DNA of 64,000 nt from Narcine bancroftii (lineage: Eukaryota). A program made the position numbers and the translations under genes. A model generated the notes under the pieces. The model ran no database searches and was not told the origin of the DNA. It saw nothing but the letters and a program-made list of their open reading frames with translations. The stretch lies in NCBI RefSeq assembly GCF_036971445.1, contig NC_091477.1, positions 17,856,001 to 17,920,000 of the forward strand. The letters are read 5' to 3'. Positions 62,351 through 64,000 of this stretch are shown here, piece by piece (the first letter of the stretch is position 1; each line of letters opens with the position of its first letter).

Positions 62351-63672
62351 TTATTTTGAACGCTACTAATTTTGCTTACCTAACTTTTGAAACATCACAT
62401 TCCAGATCATGGTGATTGATCCCAAGCCCACAGATGCCATTGAAAGAGTATTTCACACTCTAAAGTGTTAATATACAATTTGATTAACACTGGGGAATTT
62501 GGGGGAAAGTTGGGGGTGGGGGGGAGAAATTAGTGCTAAGTAGATGGTTGGGGAAAGGCGAGGTGGTTGTCCAACAGAAATGCATGGGTCTGGAATTAAG
62601 CATGGAGAGGTTAATCGCTGAGATCTGAAGTCAGATGTTGAAGGCTTGACACCTTAATGGGACTGGTCATTACCATTATAACTCAGTGGATTAGATCTCA
62701 GTTTTTGGAAGGTTGGGAGCAAGATGTGGATAAGTGGAGATTAATGCAATGTTAGGGGATAAGGTGGATGGTGAGTAAAGGATGAAGGTTAAGTATGACA
62801 CTCACCTTATCAGAGGTTCCTAAAATGCTGCAATGTTAATTGTTCCTGGAAGAACTTGTTCAAGTTCCTCTGCAAATCTCCAAGTAACATTATTCAGGGA
62901 ATAACATGAAATATTTGACACACATGTCCTGCTGAATATATAGAGTGATGTAACATTATTATGTTTCACTCTGAGTAAAATTATGTTTAATTGCATAAAA
63001 CAGGATTATGCAATTGAATTTCTCAGCCATTGTTTTGCGATGCATTAGGTGCAAAACTGGTTGGTGAATGGACAATTCTACCAGGAATGTTTGGCTGATT
63101 TTGAAGGCCAGATTTACTTAGCATGCTAACTTGTGACAAAAATGGCCAAGATGTCCACAGGGTGTATGTTTCCACCTGTTAAAACTGACTGATCTGGAGG
63201 TCCCTGCTGGGTCCTGCAGGCACACTGCCTAACACGAGGTGAATTCATCAGAGAAGTTATGAAGATAAAAAGGAGGCAGTTTCTCTACTCTTCTAAGCCC
63301 ATGAGAATATGACAAATCAACTATAAACAAAATTGGCTTACCAAGTGTGCCTCCCTTTCCACATCACCGCAAGATTGCACCATGACTGAGCCCTTTGCAC
63401 AAGTCCCAGCTGTTTAGGACTTCTGGGGAATTCACCAGTTTCTTTCCCTCTCAGGTCTCAGGTAAGTCCAATATGCAGACCTTGATCAATTCTGAATAGA
63501 GGGCATCGACCTAGAACATTTTTTTTCAATTTTATTCTCTCTGCATGTCCTGACGTGGAGTATTAAAAAAAAATTTTTTTTTAATTTCCTTTCAGGTTGA
63601 CAACATCTGCACTTTTTTTTGCTTCAAACATTCATGACGTTGTTGGAGTGAAACATGAAAGTCTGCAGATAC

Positions 63673-64000
63673 TCTTCTTTGGCTTGGCTTCGCGGACGAA
63701 GATTTATGGAGGGGGTAAAAAGTCCACGTCAGCTGCAGACTCGTTTGTGGCTGACAAGTCCGATGCGGGACAGGCAGACACGATTGCAGCGGTTGCAGGG
63801 GAAAATTGGTTGGTTGGGGATGGGTGTTGGGTTTTTCCTCCTTTGCCTTTTGTCAGTGAGGTAGGCTCTGCGGTCTTCTTCAAAGGAGGTTGCTGCCCGC
63901 CAAACTGTGAGGCGCCAAGATGCACGGATTGAGGCGATATCAGCCCACTGGCGGTGGTCAATGTGGCAGGCACCAAGAGATTTCTTTAGGCAGTCCTTGT
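63673..64000 (-). mobile_element. RTE LINE 3' end running off the window, inserted next to a Penelope terminus
   Basis: Highly similar to 33685-33978 and has the full tail. Preceded by GTGAAACATGAAAGTCTGCAGA. Confidence 0.95.

Noticed and set aside
63454-63460. 7-nt micro-exon (TCTCAG|GTCTCAG|GTAAGT)
   Set aside because: Not frame-preserving, adjacent to degenerate Penelope-like sequence, and no other evidence.

Overview
This is eukaryotic, AT-rich, repeat-dominated vertebrate DNA, either intronic or intergenic. The repeat mix suggests a cartilaginous fish: HE1/V-type and Deu-domain SINEs, CR1, Rex-Babar, RTE, L1, Penelope-like elements, Gypsy LTR elements, and hAT, Tigger and Harbinger MITEs. 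That taxonomic call is inference from pattern recognition, not from a database search. I found no host protein-coding exon, rRNA, tRNA gene or CRISPR array that I can support. Nearly all listed ORFs are decayed transposon frames, repeat-generated frames or noise. Four structures stand out. (1) A young 1.4-kb composite retroposon at 5226-6635 has a CpG-rich repeat head, an RTE-type 5' region, a perfect 43-copy 15-mer and an RTE 3' tail, and sits in a CR1 with a 7-bp target site duplication (TSD). (2) Two local templated insertions: 16722-17072 copied from about 22613-22989, and 50077-50155 an inverted copy of 52008-52086. (3) A 5' LTR with a tRNA-Ser primer-binding site is followed by a frameshifted small transmembrane/polybasic ORF (45922-46757). 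(4) Several Penelope-like terminal repeats carry degenerate hammerhead-like cores. Boundaries of old elements are approximate.
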